A stretch of DNA of 64,000 nucleotides, taken from positions 9,003 to 73,002 of IMG/VR virus record IMGVR_UViG_3300032085_000337; one strand, 5' to 3'. This DNA is from a virus. The translations under genes and the position numbers were made by a program. Shown here one piece after another: positions 28,932 through 38,247 of the stretch (within the stretch, counting starts at the first letter, position 1; the number at the start of each line of letters is the position of its first letter). The notes beneath the pieces are model-generated. The model was given only the letters and a program-made list of their open reading frames with translations, did no database searches and was not told the DNA's origin.

Positions 28932-29599
28932 TGACACAGATTAAAACAACATACATTGATCACATGGGTTCAGACCTTTCCGTAGTCAACGCAGCACGGG
29001 TTAGCTTTGGTAAGAAGAGTGACTGGGAGTTCTCTGCACTAAAAGAGGGCCTACTTGAGAGAGACGCCAAGCTCATCAACTACCTAGCCAAGCACAAGCA
29101 CATCAGCCCCTTCGGCCATGCCTTTGCCTCCTTCCATGTTAAGGCTCCTATCTTTGTAGCACGACAGCTGGTCAAGCATAAGTTCCTGCGCTGGAATGAG
29201 ATCAGTCGTCGTTACGTTGATGATGAGCCTGAGTTCTATGTGCCTGACGTATGGCGTGGCCGTAGTGCTGACAAGAAGCAGGGGTCTGAGGGTGAGGTTA
29301 AACTTGGAACACTTGATGATGTTATAGTGTCGGACAGCCCACATGAGGCACTCTGTGCGTATAACTCATTGCTTGATGCAGGCGTAGCACCTGAGCAAGC
29401 CCGCATGGTACTGCCACAGTCCACCATGACAGAATTTTACTGGTCAGGTTCACTGGATGCCTTTGCTGACATGTGCCGCCTACGTTGTAAGGAAGACACA
29501 CAGTATGAGAGCCGTGTAGTAGCTGATCAGGTATCTGATGTCATGCAAGACCTTTATCCTGTATCATGGGCTGCACTAATGAAAGGAGAAAAGCAATGA
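28931..29599 (+). CDS. thyX: Flavin-dependent thymidylate synthase, copy 1
   Basis: VNAARVSF, HISPF, RQLVKH...NEISRRY, EQARMVLPQ. Confidence 0.95.
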   Translation: MTQIKTTYIDHMGSDLSVVNAARVSFGKKSDWEFSALKEGLLERDAKLINYLAKHKHISPFGHAFASFHVKAPIFVARQLVKHKFLRWNEISRRYVDDEPEFYVPDVWRGRSADKKQGSEGEVKLGTLDDVIVSDSPHEALCAYNSLLDAGVAPEQARMVLPQSTMTEFYWSGSLDAFADMCRLRCKEDTQYESRVVADQVSDVMQDLYPVSWAALMKGEKQ

Positions 29600-29721
29600 C
29601 TAATCGTAAATTTACACCGCCAACAGAGTTCCCCGCAGAGTATGTCGATGGGTTTGGGTGTAAGGTCACTATCTTGGGGCGTTCTTATTACAACAAAGAG
29701 AGACCTCTGGTAGGTTTTGAT
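29576..29721 (+). repeat. Direct repeat copy 1 (copy 2 at 63855-64000)
   Basis: 146 bp with 2 mismatches; last 90 bp identical. Confidence 0.95.
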
Positions 29722-29958
29722 GACGAGGGCTGCGCCTGTAATTACGCAGAAAACGGGGCTTATTGGCCTGATGATGGGGGTAAATATGACCTTCACGACA
29801 TCCAAAAGCGCATCACAACGTGGCACAACGTCTACGAGGGTTGGGTCGGGGCTTCAAATAAAGTGAACCGTGGGGCTACAGAAAACCGCCTCTGCGTCTA
29901 CCGCATTGAACGTAACGAGGATGGTAGCAACCCTGAGATATTCGTGGAGGAAGTGTGA
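29596..29958 (+). CDS. Hypothetical protein, shared with 63875 onward
   Basis: AAGGAG RBS, ATGA overlap with thyX. Confidence 0.75.
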   Translation: MTNRKFTPPTEFPAEYVDGFGCKVTILGRSYYNKERPLVGFDDEGCACNYAENGAYWPDDGGKYDLHDIQKRITTWHNVYEGWVGASNKVNRGATENRLCVYRIERNEDGSNPEIFVEEV

Positions 29959-30029
29959 TGACTGACGGAAACACAGATGACCCTTGTGACGAAATGATAC
30001 CCCCATCCAAGAAAGAGCCTAAATAAAGC

Positions 30030-30058
30030 TTGACAAGTGGTCTTGGTTATGCTATAAT
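30030..30058 (+). promoter_or_regulatory. Consensus sigma70 promoter for the RNAP gene
   Basis: TTGACA-17 nt-TATAAT with extended -10 TGn. Confidence 0.9.
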
Positions 30059-30093
30059 TGGCACATCAAGACCACAAAACCTTAGGACCATGT

Positions 30094-30259
30094 TGACCTT
30101 AGGTAATCAAACTATTTTTATACTAGGGGGTGTAAAATTTCTCTTTTTTGTTATCTATTAGTGTAGGGTTCTTGCTTTAAGGTAGACTGACCCTACGTAA
30201 TCAAACTATTTTAGCTCTAGGGGGTTATATTTTTCGTCTTTTTTGTTATCTATTAGTGT
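30094..30259 (+). repeat. Two imperfect ~70 bp direct repeats in the RNAP leader
   Basis: TGACC.TA.GTAATCAAACTATTTT...CTAGGGGG...TCTTTTTTGTTATCTATTAGTGT at 30094 and 30188. Confidence 0.85.
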
Positions 30260-30292
30260 TAAGTTTATTCAAAGAATAGGGAACCACAAGAA

Positions 30293-32563
30293 ATGATAAA
30301 AACAACACAATTCGAGCTTGAGGCACAGATGCAGGACCGTGGTTATGCTAGGTTCCTCAAGCAAATTGAAGCAGCCCGTAAGAACGAGGGCCAGAGCAAC
30401 ACAGCTTATGGCCGTGAGCTTATCAAGGCTAACATTGATGATGTTGTTGTAGCCATTGGGGCTTTCATAGACACACAAGCAACCGTTAAGCGTAAAGCAC
30501 CAGCATCTATCCTGCTCAATGACCTTAACCTTGAAGCTGTGGCTTACTTGGCCCTCAAGACCATCGTGAACAGCCTTGGGCATGATGAAGCTAAGACCAC
30601 AGCCACAGCTATCAACATTGGCCTTGCAGTCTCCAACGCTATCAAACTGGCAGAGCTTAGTGCTGACAAAGAGAGCAAGGGCCTCGTTAAGCACATTGAG
30701 ACAAGCGCAAAGAGAGCGCTGGGCAATGACAACAGCAAAGAGAAGGCTGTATCTGAGACATTGGCATTCTTTAACATGCAATCTGCTTGGTCTGTTGAGG
30801 ATCAACTCAAGGTTGGTATCACCTTGGTTGAGCTTATCGCTGCGTCTGGCCTCATTGAGAATATCACTGTTGGTAGTGGCAAAAGCTCCTTTAACAAACT
30901 AGTCCCTACAGATAAGACTATGGAGATGGTTGAGGTGATGAACTTATGCCCTGAGTTCGCCCCAGTCTACCTTCCGATGATAGTAGAGCCTAAAGACTGG
31001 GACACTGATGGCAATGGTGGTTACCTTACACTCCGCCAACCTCTTGTTAAGACACGCTTTGAGGGGCACACAGAGGCCCTTCAGGGGGCTGACTTGTCTT
31101 CTGTGCGTCAGAGCATCAATATCATCCAACAGACCGCTTGGAAGGTCCACACAGGGCTTCTCAGTATCGCTCAGAGGGCCTTTGATGATGGCTTGGACGT
31201 AGACTGCTTCCCATTCAACTACAAAGACGACCGCCCTAAGCGCACAAGCATCCGTGTAGGGGCTACTACAGTGTTATCGCTGGCTGAGGAGTTCAGAGGG
31301 CACGAGGCTATCTATTTCCCTCACAACATGGACTGGAGGGGCCGTGTGTACCCAATGGTTGATGGCCTATCCCCACAAGGTAATAAACTGGCTAAGTCGC
31401 TCCTCTCTTTTGCTGAAGGTAAACGTATCACGGGTGGCGCTGAGAACTTCTTGGCTATCCACATCGCCAATGAGTTCGGTAAGGACAAGCTGTCCCTTGG
31501 TGATCGTGTAGCTTGGGTCTTTGAGAATGAAGATAAGATCGTTGAGGCTGCTAATGACCCTTTTGGGCCTAACAAAGACTTTTGGCTCAATGCTGACAGC
31601 CCTTGGGGCTTCCTTCGTGGCTGCTTAGAGTGGGCTGGCTACTGTGCTGACCCGGAGGACTTCCTTAGCACCCTGCCAGTAGCCTTTGATGGCTCTTGCT
31701 CTGGTCTCCAGCACTTCTCTGCGATGTTCAAAGATGAAGTTGGTGGCCGTGAAGTGAACCTTTTACCTGACCTAGACCGCCAAGACATCTACAGTGCCGT
31801 CAAAGAGGCCGTGGAAGGGGTACTACAAGCCTCTGATGACGCTTTGGCTACACAGTGGCTTAAATCAGGACTTATGGGCCGTAGCCTCTTTAAAACGCCC
31901 ACAATGACCTATGGCTACTCTTCTGAAGTTCCGGGCATGACTGATCAGATCAAAGCTTACGTTAAGGATAGCGGGAATGATGCCTTTGCTAAAGATGAGT
32001 TGTTTGTAGCTTGTAATTATCTTGCTAAGATCACTTTCGCAGAGATAGAAAACATCGTGGTCAAAGCTGCTGAAGCTAAAACATGGCTCCAAGCTTGTGT
32101 CAAAGGCAAGCAGGAAGCTGCTCAATGGACTACACCTGATGGGATGGTTGTTGTGCAGAAGTACAAAGTGCGTAAATCTAAGCAACTCAACATAATGGTA
32201 GAGGGCGAACGTATTCGCTCACGCTATGACGTACCTACAGACGCTGTAGACAGCCGTAAGATGGCCTCTGCTATCGCTCCTAACGTGATCCACAGCCTAG
32301 ACGCTGCACACATCCGTATGGTTGCTCTAGCTGCCTCTGGTGAGCAGATGCACAGCCTTGCGATGATCCACGACAGCTTTGGTTGTCACGCTGCTGATGC
32401 TGGCAGGTTCTTCAACATCATTCGTGAGCAGTTCGTGGCTCTTTACAGCGGAGATGTAGCTGAGATGCTTAATGCAGAACTCTCTGGCGGGTCTGTAGAG
32501 CTTCCTACAATGGGTACTTTGGACCTTGAGGGCATTATTGATACTGACTACTCCTTCGCCTAA
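30293..32563 (+). CDS. T7-like single-subunit DNA-directed RNA polymerase
   Basis: DWRGRVY, DGSCSGLQH (motif A), R...K...MTYGY (B), PNVIHSLDA, IHDSFG (C). Confidence 0.96.
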   Translation: MIKTTQFELEAQMQDRGYARFLKQIEAARKNEGQSNTAYGRELIKANIDDVVVAIGAFIDTQATVKRKAPASILLNDLNLEAVAYLALKTIVNSLGHDEAKTTATAINIGLAVSNAIKLAELSADKESKGLVKHIETSAKRALGNDNSKEKAVSETLAFFNMQSAWSVEDQLKVGITLVELIAASGLIENITVGSGKSSFNKLVPTDKTMEMVEVMNLCPEFAPVYLPMIVEPKDWDTDGNGGYLTLRQPLVKTRFEGHTEALQGADLSSVRQSINIIQQTAWKVHTGLLSIAQRAFDDGLDVDCFPFNYKDDRPKRTSIRVGATTVLSLAEEFRGHEAIYFPHNMDWRGRVYPMVDGLSPQGNKLAKSLLSFAEGKRITGGAENFLAIHIANEFGKDKLSLGDRVAWVFENEDKIVEAANDPFGPNKDFWLNADSPWGFLRGCLEWAGYCADPEDFLSTLPVAFDGSCSGLQHFSAMFKDEVGGREVNLLPDLDRQDIYSAVKEAVEGVLQASDDALATQWLKSGLMGRSLFKTPTMTYGYSSEVPGMTDQIKAYVKDSGNDAFAKDELFVACNYLAKITFAEIENIVVKAAEAKTWLQACVKGKQEAAQWTTPDGMVVVQKYKVRKSKQLNIMVEGERIRSRYDVPTDAVDSRKMASAIAPNVIHSLDAAHIRMVALAASGEQMHSLAMIHDSFGCHAADAGRFFNIIREQFVALYSGDVAEMLNAELSGGSVELPTMGTLDLEGIIDTDYSFA

Positions 32564-32567
32564 AGCT

Positions 32568-32711
32568 AAAAACCCCCACTATAGAGAAAGAGGCCTTCAG
32601 GTAATTCTGGGGGCCTTTTCTTTGTGGGACGGCCCCTTTCAGGGACCATTTATGAGTGCTAGAAACCCTTATAAATAAGGCATCTCCAAAAACTACTCGT
32701 ATAGAGGAAGA
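32568..32711 (+). promoter_or_regulatory. Two candidate phage-RNAP promoters (32568-32591, 32688-32711)
   Basis: AAAAAC-N6-TATAGAGRAAGA twice, 120 bp apart; the first contains T7-like CACTATAG. Confidence 0.55.
32591..32623 (+). terminator. Intrinsic terminator after RNAP
   Basis: AGGCCTTCAG-loop-CTGGGGGCCT then TTTCTTT. Confidence 0.8.
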
Positions 32712-32969
32712 AACCTCAACACTACCCAGCCGTTCTGGGTTATCAAACGGGGCACGAAGAGCTGTGAGACTTAAAAGTTACACATGACCTCTCCTTCTAC
32801 TACCCTGCTTAAAGCTGACAATGGTGTTAGCTGAAGGCCTGTAGTAGAAGACACTACCTTAAGAAAACCCAATACTATGGGGGTAAGGGGGCACTCTAAG
32901 CTATAAGAACTTAAAGTTACACATAAGTTCCCCTTAAGCATACTATAGTACACAAAAGGAACCAATAAG

Positions 32970-33164
32970 ATGATACAAGAAGCACTAGACACCATTATGT
33001 ACATGGATGAGGAAGACACTCAGCGCTACCTTCTGGTCCTCCTTGAGCGAGACCCTGAGCTATTCTATTCTATTCATAATGAGATTTTGCAATTAGACTT
33101 CCTAAACGATATGCGGGAAGAAGAGCACAATGGCTACCCAATGTACCCGGAGCTAAGCCGATGA
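32970..33164 (+). CDS. Acidic hypothetical protein
   Basis: AAGGA RBS; coupled to the next gene. Confidence 0.65.
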   Translation: MIQEALDTIMYMDEEDTQRYLLVLLERDPELFYSIHNEILQLDFLNDMREEEHNGYPMYPELSR

Positions 33165-33346
33165 GTAAGATGACTATCTCATTTGTAGCTGTATCAGCTT
33201 CAACAGGCTTAATGCTCTGGGATTATGCAATGTCACAGCCTTCTGTTGGCTTAATGTTGCTACCAGCCTTCTTTAGTGGTGGCTATATGGCAATTGCAGC
33301 AGCACACCTACTTGAACTAATTAAACAAAATAACAAAAAGGACTAA
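33161..33346 (+). CDS. Small 2-TM membrane protein
   Basis: Two hydrophobic segments, basic tail. Confidence 0.6.
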   Translation: MSKMTISFVAVSASTGLMLWDYAMSQPSVGLMLLPAFFSGGYMAIAAAHLLELIKQNNKKD

Positions 33347-33417
33347 ACAGATGAAATATTATGTACTCCCAGATGGCACAGTGACCTTTAAGCGTAAAGA
33401 CTGTGCGGAATACGACA

Positions 33418-34983
33418 ATGACTGAGATTACCAGACAGCCTTGTCCAACATGTCCTAGTAGCGATGCTTTCGCCTATAACACTGATGGCTATGGTGTCTG
33501 TTTCTCATGTGGTAGTTCATATCCTAAAAAGGGCGTTAAGTATTCTGAGGAAACACTGGCGCTCTACCCTTTAGGTGATAGTAGCTATGACAACTATGAG
33601 CCTGAGCCTTCACAAGAGGACGCTAAATACATTAGCATCCGTGGTATCACTAGTGAGACTATGGAGCACTATGGTGTAAAAACCGTAGTCTCACACTCAG
33701 GTGAGCCTGTAAGCCAGTCCTATGTTTACCCTTCAGGGTCTACAAAGACACGCAAGTTCCCTAAGTCCTTCACAGCTACTGGTAAGATGGATGAACTCTA
33801 TGGAATGAACTTGTTCACTCGTGGTAGTTCTAAATCAGTCACCATAGTAGAAGGAGAACTAGATGCTCTAAGCGCTTGGCAGATGCTAGGTGGCGTAGGC
33901 AACCGCTACATTAACCCTGTAGTTTCACTACCATCAGCTAATCCATCTAAAACCTTTTGGGAAAACGTAGTCCCTTGGTTAGATGGCTTTGAGAAGATTA
34001 TTCTCTCTGTAGACGCTGATGGACCGGGTGATGCTGTTGCTCAAAAGATAAACAACATCTTCCCTAAGAAGGTCTTCAGGGTAGACCACAGCACCTACAA
34101 GGACGCTAACGAGTTCCTACAGGCTGGTAAGTCCTCAGAATACAAAAGTGCTTGGTTTAACGCCCAGCGCTTTATGCCTGACAACATCTTGCATAGTTCT
34201 GAAGACCTCCTAAAGCTTTTTGACCACACACCAGATCATTCCTACGTCCCTACAGGCATCCCTGACTTTGATGCTAAGGCTATGGGCTTAATGCAGGGAC
34301 ACCTAACAGTCTTTAAGGCCCCTACAGGGATCGGTAAGACCGAGCTTATGCGCTATCTTGAGTGGAACTTCCTTCAGCGTAACGTAAGTTTTGCTACTAT
34401 GCACTTGGAAGAGACTAAGCTCCGTAGTGTCTTAGGGTTAGTTTCATATGACCTGAAAGACAACTTGACCCGTAAGGATCTTGTTGAAGACAAAGGCAAG
34501 ACTGAAGAAGTCCGTGAGAGCATTAAGAAACTTGGTGATAGCGATAACTACTACCAGTTCTTTATGAAAGATGGACAAACAGAGGATGACCTAATCGCTC
34601 AGATCAGAATGTTCAAAGAAGCTTATGACTGTAAGTTCGTAATGTTTGAGCCTATCCAAGATGCAGTTTCTACAGGCTCTGAGGAGAACAAAGAAGCTAA
34701 ACTCGCTGAGTTGGCAGTTCGTCTCTCTAAGGTTGCTGCTGATCTAAACGTAGGTATTGTGACTATCGCTCACACTAATGACGATGGTGAAGTCAAATAC
34801 TGCAAGATGATTGGCCAGCGTGCTTCTGTTATCGTAAGACTAGATAGAAACAAAGAAGCTGAAGACATCCAAGATCGTAACACTACACGCTTGGTTATCG
34901 AAAAGAACCGTCCAACGTCTGAAGAGGGCTTTGCGGGTGAACTTTTGTTCAACATAGACACCTTCAACATGGAGGCACTATAA
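33418..34983 (+). CDS. T7 gp4-like primase-helicase
   Basis: CPTC...CFSC zinc finger, EGELDA toprim, KDANE, APTGIGKTE; start re-called to ATG 33418. Confidence 0.93.
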   Translation: MTEITRQPCPTCPSSDAFAYNTDGYGVCFSCGSSYPKKGVKYSEETLALYPLGDSSYDNYEPEPSQEDAKYISIRGITSETMEHYGVKTVVSHSGEPVSQSYVYPSGSTKTRKFPKSFTATGKMDELYGMNLFTRGSSKSVTIVEGELDALSAWQMLGGVGNRYINPVVSLPSANPSKTFWENVVPWLDGFEKIILSVDADGPGDAVAQKINNIFPKKVFRVDHSTYKDANEFLQAGKSSEYKSAWFNAQRFMPDNILHSSEDLLKLFDHTPDHSYVPTGIPDFDAKAMGLMQGHLTVFKAPTGIGKTELMRYLEWNFLQRNVSFATMHLEETKLRSVLGLVSYDLKDNLTRKDLVEDKGKTEEVRESIKKLGDSDNYYQFFMKDGQTEDDLIAQIRMFKEAYDCKFVMFEPIQDAVSTGSEENKEAKLAELAVRLSKVAADLNVGIVTIAHTNDDGEVKYCKMIGQRASVIVRLDRNKEAEDIQDRNTTRLVIEKNRPTSEEGFAGELLFNIDTFNMEAL

Positions 34984-35002
34984 TATGAAGGAATAAAATA
35001 AT

Positions 35003-36844
35003 ATGAAAATAGTATTCGATCTAGAGACCGATGGGCTTTTAGACAAGCTAACCAAAATCCATGTCTTCTCATGGTCTGTGGTTGGCTCTGATGTAGTCCA
35101 CAGCACTAACGACCTCAGCACTATCCAAGAGGTTATGCAAAAGGCAACAACAGTTATAGGCCACAATATCGTATCCTTTGACCTTGCAGCCCTAGCGATG
35201 TTCGACATCCACACAGATGCTGACATCATAGACACCCTTCCCCTTAGTTGGTACTTAGAACCTAAGCGTGTTCGACACGGCTTAGACCAATGGGGCGAGA
35301 GCTTGGGCATTAAGAAACCTAAGATCGACGACTGGGACAACCTGAGCTATGAGGACTACAAGCATCGCTGTGAGGAAGACGTAAGAATCAACCTCAAAGT
35401 CCTTGAGACCCTAGAGCGCAAGCTAAAGCGTCTTTATCGTGATGAGGGTGAGCAAAAGCGTCTCACTGACTATCTGACCTTTAAGATGCAGTGTGCTAGG
35501 GACCAAGAGGTCTATGGTTGGCGCTTGGATGTCCCAAAGGCCCAAGACTTACAACAAACACTACAACAAATGAAGGAGAGTTCACAAGAACAGCTATCAG
35601 CAGCTATGCCACAAAAGCCTATTACAAAAGTAATGAACCCGCCAAAAGTGATGCACAAGAAAGATGGATCACTCTCTGCTAGAGGCGAGGCTTGGCAACA
35701 ACTGCTTAAAGACAACTTTATGCCAGCATCTACAATGCAGCCTATGACTATCTTAGTAGGCCATGACGCTGGCAACCCTAATAGCCATGAGCAAGTTAAA
35801 GATTGGCTCTATGACCTTGGTTGGAAGCCCCAGACATTCAAATATGTCCGTGGTGATAACTTTGGTGAAGAGCGTAAAATCCCACAGCTACGGGATGGCT
35901 CTGAGCTATGCCCAAGCGTACTTGCACTTGCTGAGGTAGAACCTTCGATCAAACTACTAGAAAACCTGACAGTCACTAGTCACAGACTTGGTGTTGTTAA
36001 TGCTTATCTGGAGTGTGAGGTCGATGGTTGGCTTTCAGCAGGTATCTCAGGCCTCACTAACACCTTCCGCTTCAAACATAGGAAGCCTCTGGTTAACCTC
36101 CCCGCTGTCGATAAGCCTTGGGGAAAAGAACTTAGGGGTTGCTTGATTGCTCCAGAAGGTGAAGTGCTTGTTGGTTGCGATATGGTTTCCCTAGAGGACA
36201 CCACTAAGCGACACTACATGCAGCCTATTGACCCTGACTATGTTGCAGAGATGCAAAGGGATGGCTTCGATCCACACTTGGATTTGGCTAAACATGCTGG
36301 TGTAGTAACCCAAGACCAGATTGACCAGCACAACGCTGGCACTATCAACCTTGGGAACATCCGTAAGGGCTACAAGGCTGCTAATTATGCCTCAGTTTAT
36401 GGGGTAGGCCCAGCGACCCTCTCAAGGGCCACAGGTCTATCTCAAGGTGAAGCTAAGAAGCTCATTGAGGCATATTGGGGTCGCAATTGGGCAGTTCAAA
36501 AGATAGCTGAAACAAGAAAGGTAAGAGAAATAAACGGTGAAGCTTGGATACTCAATGAGGTCTCAGGCTTCTGGCACAGCCTACGTTCCGATAAGGACCG
36601 TTGGTCAACCACAAACCAAAGCACTGGCGTCTACTGCTTTGACCAATACGTTATGTTGGTTAAGGCTGCTGGTGAGAAGGTCATAGGTCAATTCCATGAT
36701 GAGGTCGTGGTTGCTACTGATGACTACAAGAGAACAGAGCGTGTGCTTCTTGAGTGCAAGGGCAAGCTCAACGAAAAGATTAAACTTAACGTCCCACTTG
36801 GAATTGATTATGCAGTGGGCAACAACTATGCGGAGATACACTAG
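35003..36844 (+). CDS. DNA polymerase, family A
   Basis: DLETDG exo I, GHNIVSFD, DMVSLE (A), KAANYASVYG (B), FHDEV (C). Confidence 0.95.
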   Translation: MKIVFDLETDGLLDKLTKIHVFSWSVVGSDVVHSTNDLSTIQEVMQKATTVIGHNIVSFDLAALAMFDIHTDADIIDTLPLSWYLEPKRVRHGLDQWGESLGIKKPKIDDWDNLSYEDYKHRCEEDVRINLKVLETLERKLKRLYRDEGEQKRLTDYLTFKMQCARDQEVYGWRLDVPKAQDLQQTLQQMKESSQEQLSAAMPQKPITKVMNPPKVMHKKDGSLSARGEAWQQLLKDNFMPASTMQPMTILVGHDAGNPNSHEQVKDWLYDLGWKPQTFKYVRGDNFGEERKIPQLRDGSELCPSVLALAEVEPSIKLLENLTVTSHRLGVVNAYLECEVDGWLSAGISGLTNTFRFKHRKPLVNLPAVDKPWGKELRGCLIAPEGEVLVGCDMVSLEDTTKRHYMQPIDPDYVAEMQRDGFDPHLDLAKHAGVVTQDQIDQHNAGTINLGNIRKGYKAANYASVYGVGPATLSRATGLSQGEAKKLIEAYWGRNWAVQKIAETRKVREINGEAWILNEVSGFWHSLRSDKDRWSTTNQSTGVYCFDQYVMLVKAAGEKVIGQFHDEVVVATDDYKRTERVLLECKGKLNEKIKLNVPLGIDYAVGNNYAEIH

Positions 36845-37360
36845 ATGGCAAAAGTTAAAACAAAAGAAGTCGCAATGACAGGTTTCCTTGAGTATGCACG
36901 GGTCTTCCCCGGTAACATGGATGCAAACATGGATTACCATGAGAAAACACAAGGACAGTACAACGTAAACTTTTATCCTGAGACCACAGAAGGCTTTGAG
37001 GCTTTCTTTGATGCTGGTGCGCCTGTGTCAGCTATGGGCCATGATACAATCAAGGTCGGTGACCCTGAGATTGCTACAGGTAAGTTCCTGAAGCTTAAGC
37101 GTCCTAACAAGCACCCTTCAGGTATTGAGGACTTTGGCGGTGCTCCTGTAGTCTTTGACTTCCGTGAGGGTGAAAGCCTTAAGAAGTGGTCAATGGAAGA
37201 AGATGGCGAGCTTGGTAATGGCACTAAAGCTACTGTTAAGGTTTCAATCTATGGTGAAGGCCCCCGTGCATCTATCCGTTTGGAGAAGATTGCAGTTCAC
37301 GAACTCGTAGAGTTTGATGGTAACACAGGAGGTGCTTCCTCTAACAAGGACAAGTTCTAA
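36845..37360 (+). CDS. Putative ssDNA-binding protein (gp2.5-like)
   Basis: ELGNGTKATVKV...RLEKIAVHELVEF, terminal Phe; replication module. Confidence 0.7.
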   Translation: MAKVKTKEVAMTGFLEYARVFPGNMDANMDYHEKTQGQYNVNFYPETTEGFEAFFDAGAPVSAMGHDTIKVGDPEIATGKFLKLKRPNKHPSGIEDFGGAPVVFDFREGESLKKWSMEEDGELGNGTKATVKVSIYGEGPRASIRLEKIAVHELVEFDGNTGGASSNKDKF

Positions 37361-37659
37361 TGGACGGGTCTGAGTTCTGTGGCCACTGTGGTAGTCTTTA
37401 TGAGGACGGGTGTGTTTGTGGTGAGTGTAGCTTTGACGCTGTAGACAAACCCTTTCACTACAACCACTCTGGCGGCATTGAGTGCATTGAGTACATCAAG
37501 CAGGTCTTAGGTAAGGAAGGCTTTATAGCTTACTGTCGTGGTAATGTTATGAAGTACAACCACCGGGCCTTCTACAAGGGTAACCCAAATGAGGACATGG
37601 CGAAAGCTGAACAATACCTCAAGTGGGCTAATGAAGCTCTTGGGGAGGTCTATAAATGA
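37360..37659 (+). CDS. DUF3310 / T7 gp1.7-like nucleotide kinase
   Basis: V.KP.HY...GIECIEYI...GNVMKY..R...KG...EDM.KA..YL. Confidence 0.85.
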   Translation: MDGSEFCGHCGSLYEDGCVCGECSFDAVDKPFHYNHSGGIECIEYIKQVLGKEGFIAYCRGNVMKYNHRAFYKGNPNEDMAKAEQYLKWANEALGEVYK

Positions 37660-38246
37660 AAGTCCTAGTCGCCTGTGAATACTCTGGGCGGGTTCGTGAT
37701 GCTTTCATCAAGAGGGGGCACGAGGCTATGTCTTGTGACCTCCTTGAGACTGATGTTAGTGGCCCACACTACACTGGGAATGTCTTAGATATCTTAGGGC
37801 AAGGTTGGGACATGCTTATTGCGCACCCACCTTGCACTTACCTAGCCAACTCTGGTGTAAGTTGGTTACACAAGGATGAGGCTAGGTGGGGCCTACTTGA
37901 TGAAGGTGCGGCTTTCTTTAAGGCTCTCCTTGAGGCAAACGTGGACAAGGTGGCTATTGAGAACCCTATTATGCACAAGTACGCTAAGGAGCGCATTGGT
38001 GGTGTTAGGCAAACTCAGGTCATACAGCCTTGGATGTTTGGTCACACTGAGCAGAAGGCTACATGCTTGTGGCTCAGGGGCCTACAACCACTGCTTCCCA
38101 CAAACAACGTAAAGGAAGATATGATGAAACTAGATAAAAAAGAACGTCAGCGCCTGCACTACTTACCACCCTCTAAAGATCGGTGGAAACTTAGGTCAAC
38201 AACCTATCAAGGAATAGCAGACGCAATGGCTGAACAGTGGGGGTAG
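37656..38246 (+). CDS. Short DNA cytosine methyltransferase-like protein
   Basis: VLVACEYSG, SCDL, AHPPCT, IENP. Confidence 0.75.
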   Translation: MKVLVACEYSGRVRDAFIKRGHEAMSCDLLETDVSGPHYTGNVLDILGQGWDMLIAHPPCTYLANSGVSWLHKDEARWGLLDEGAAFFKALLEANVDKVAIENPIMHKYAKERIGGVRQTQVIQPWMFGHTEQKATCLWLRGLQPLLPTNNVKEDMMKLDKKERQRLHYLPPSKDRWKLRSTTYQGIADAMAEQWG

Positions 38247-38247
38247 T

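Larger units (their letters stand above)
1..29721. other. Phage segment A: cobavirus-like podovirus genome (partial, permuted)
   Basis: Gene order RNR-grx-PhoH | bidirectional terminator | opposite-strand lysis, internal virion, GNAT, tail, capsid, portal, TerL, fibre | non-coding gap | early genes, thyX. Matches the two-arm cobavirus layout. Right boundary lies somewhere in the shared repeat. Confidence 0.85.
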
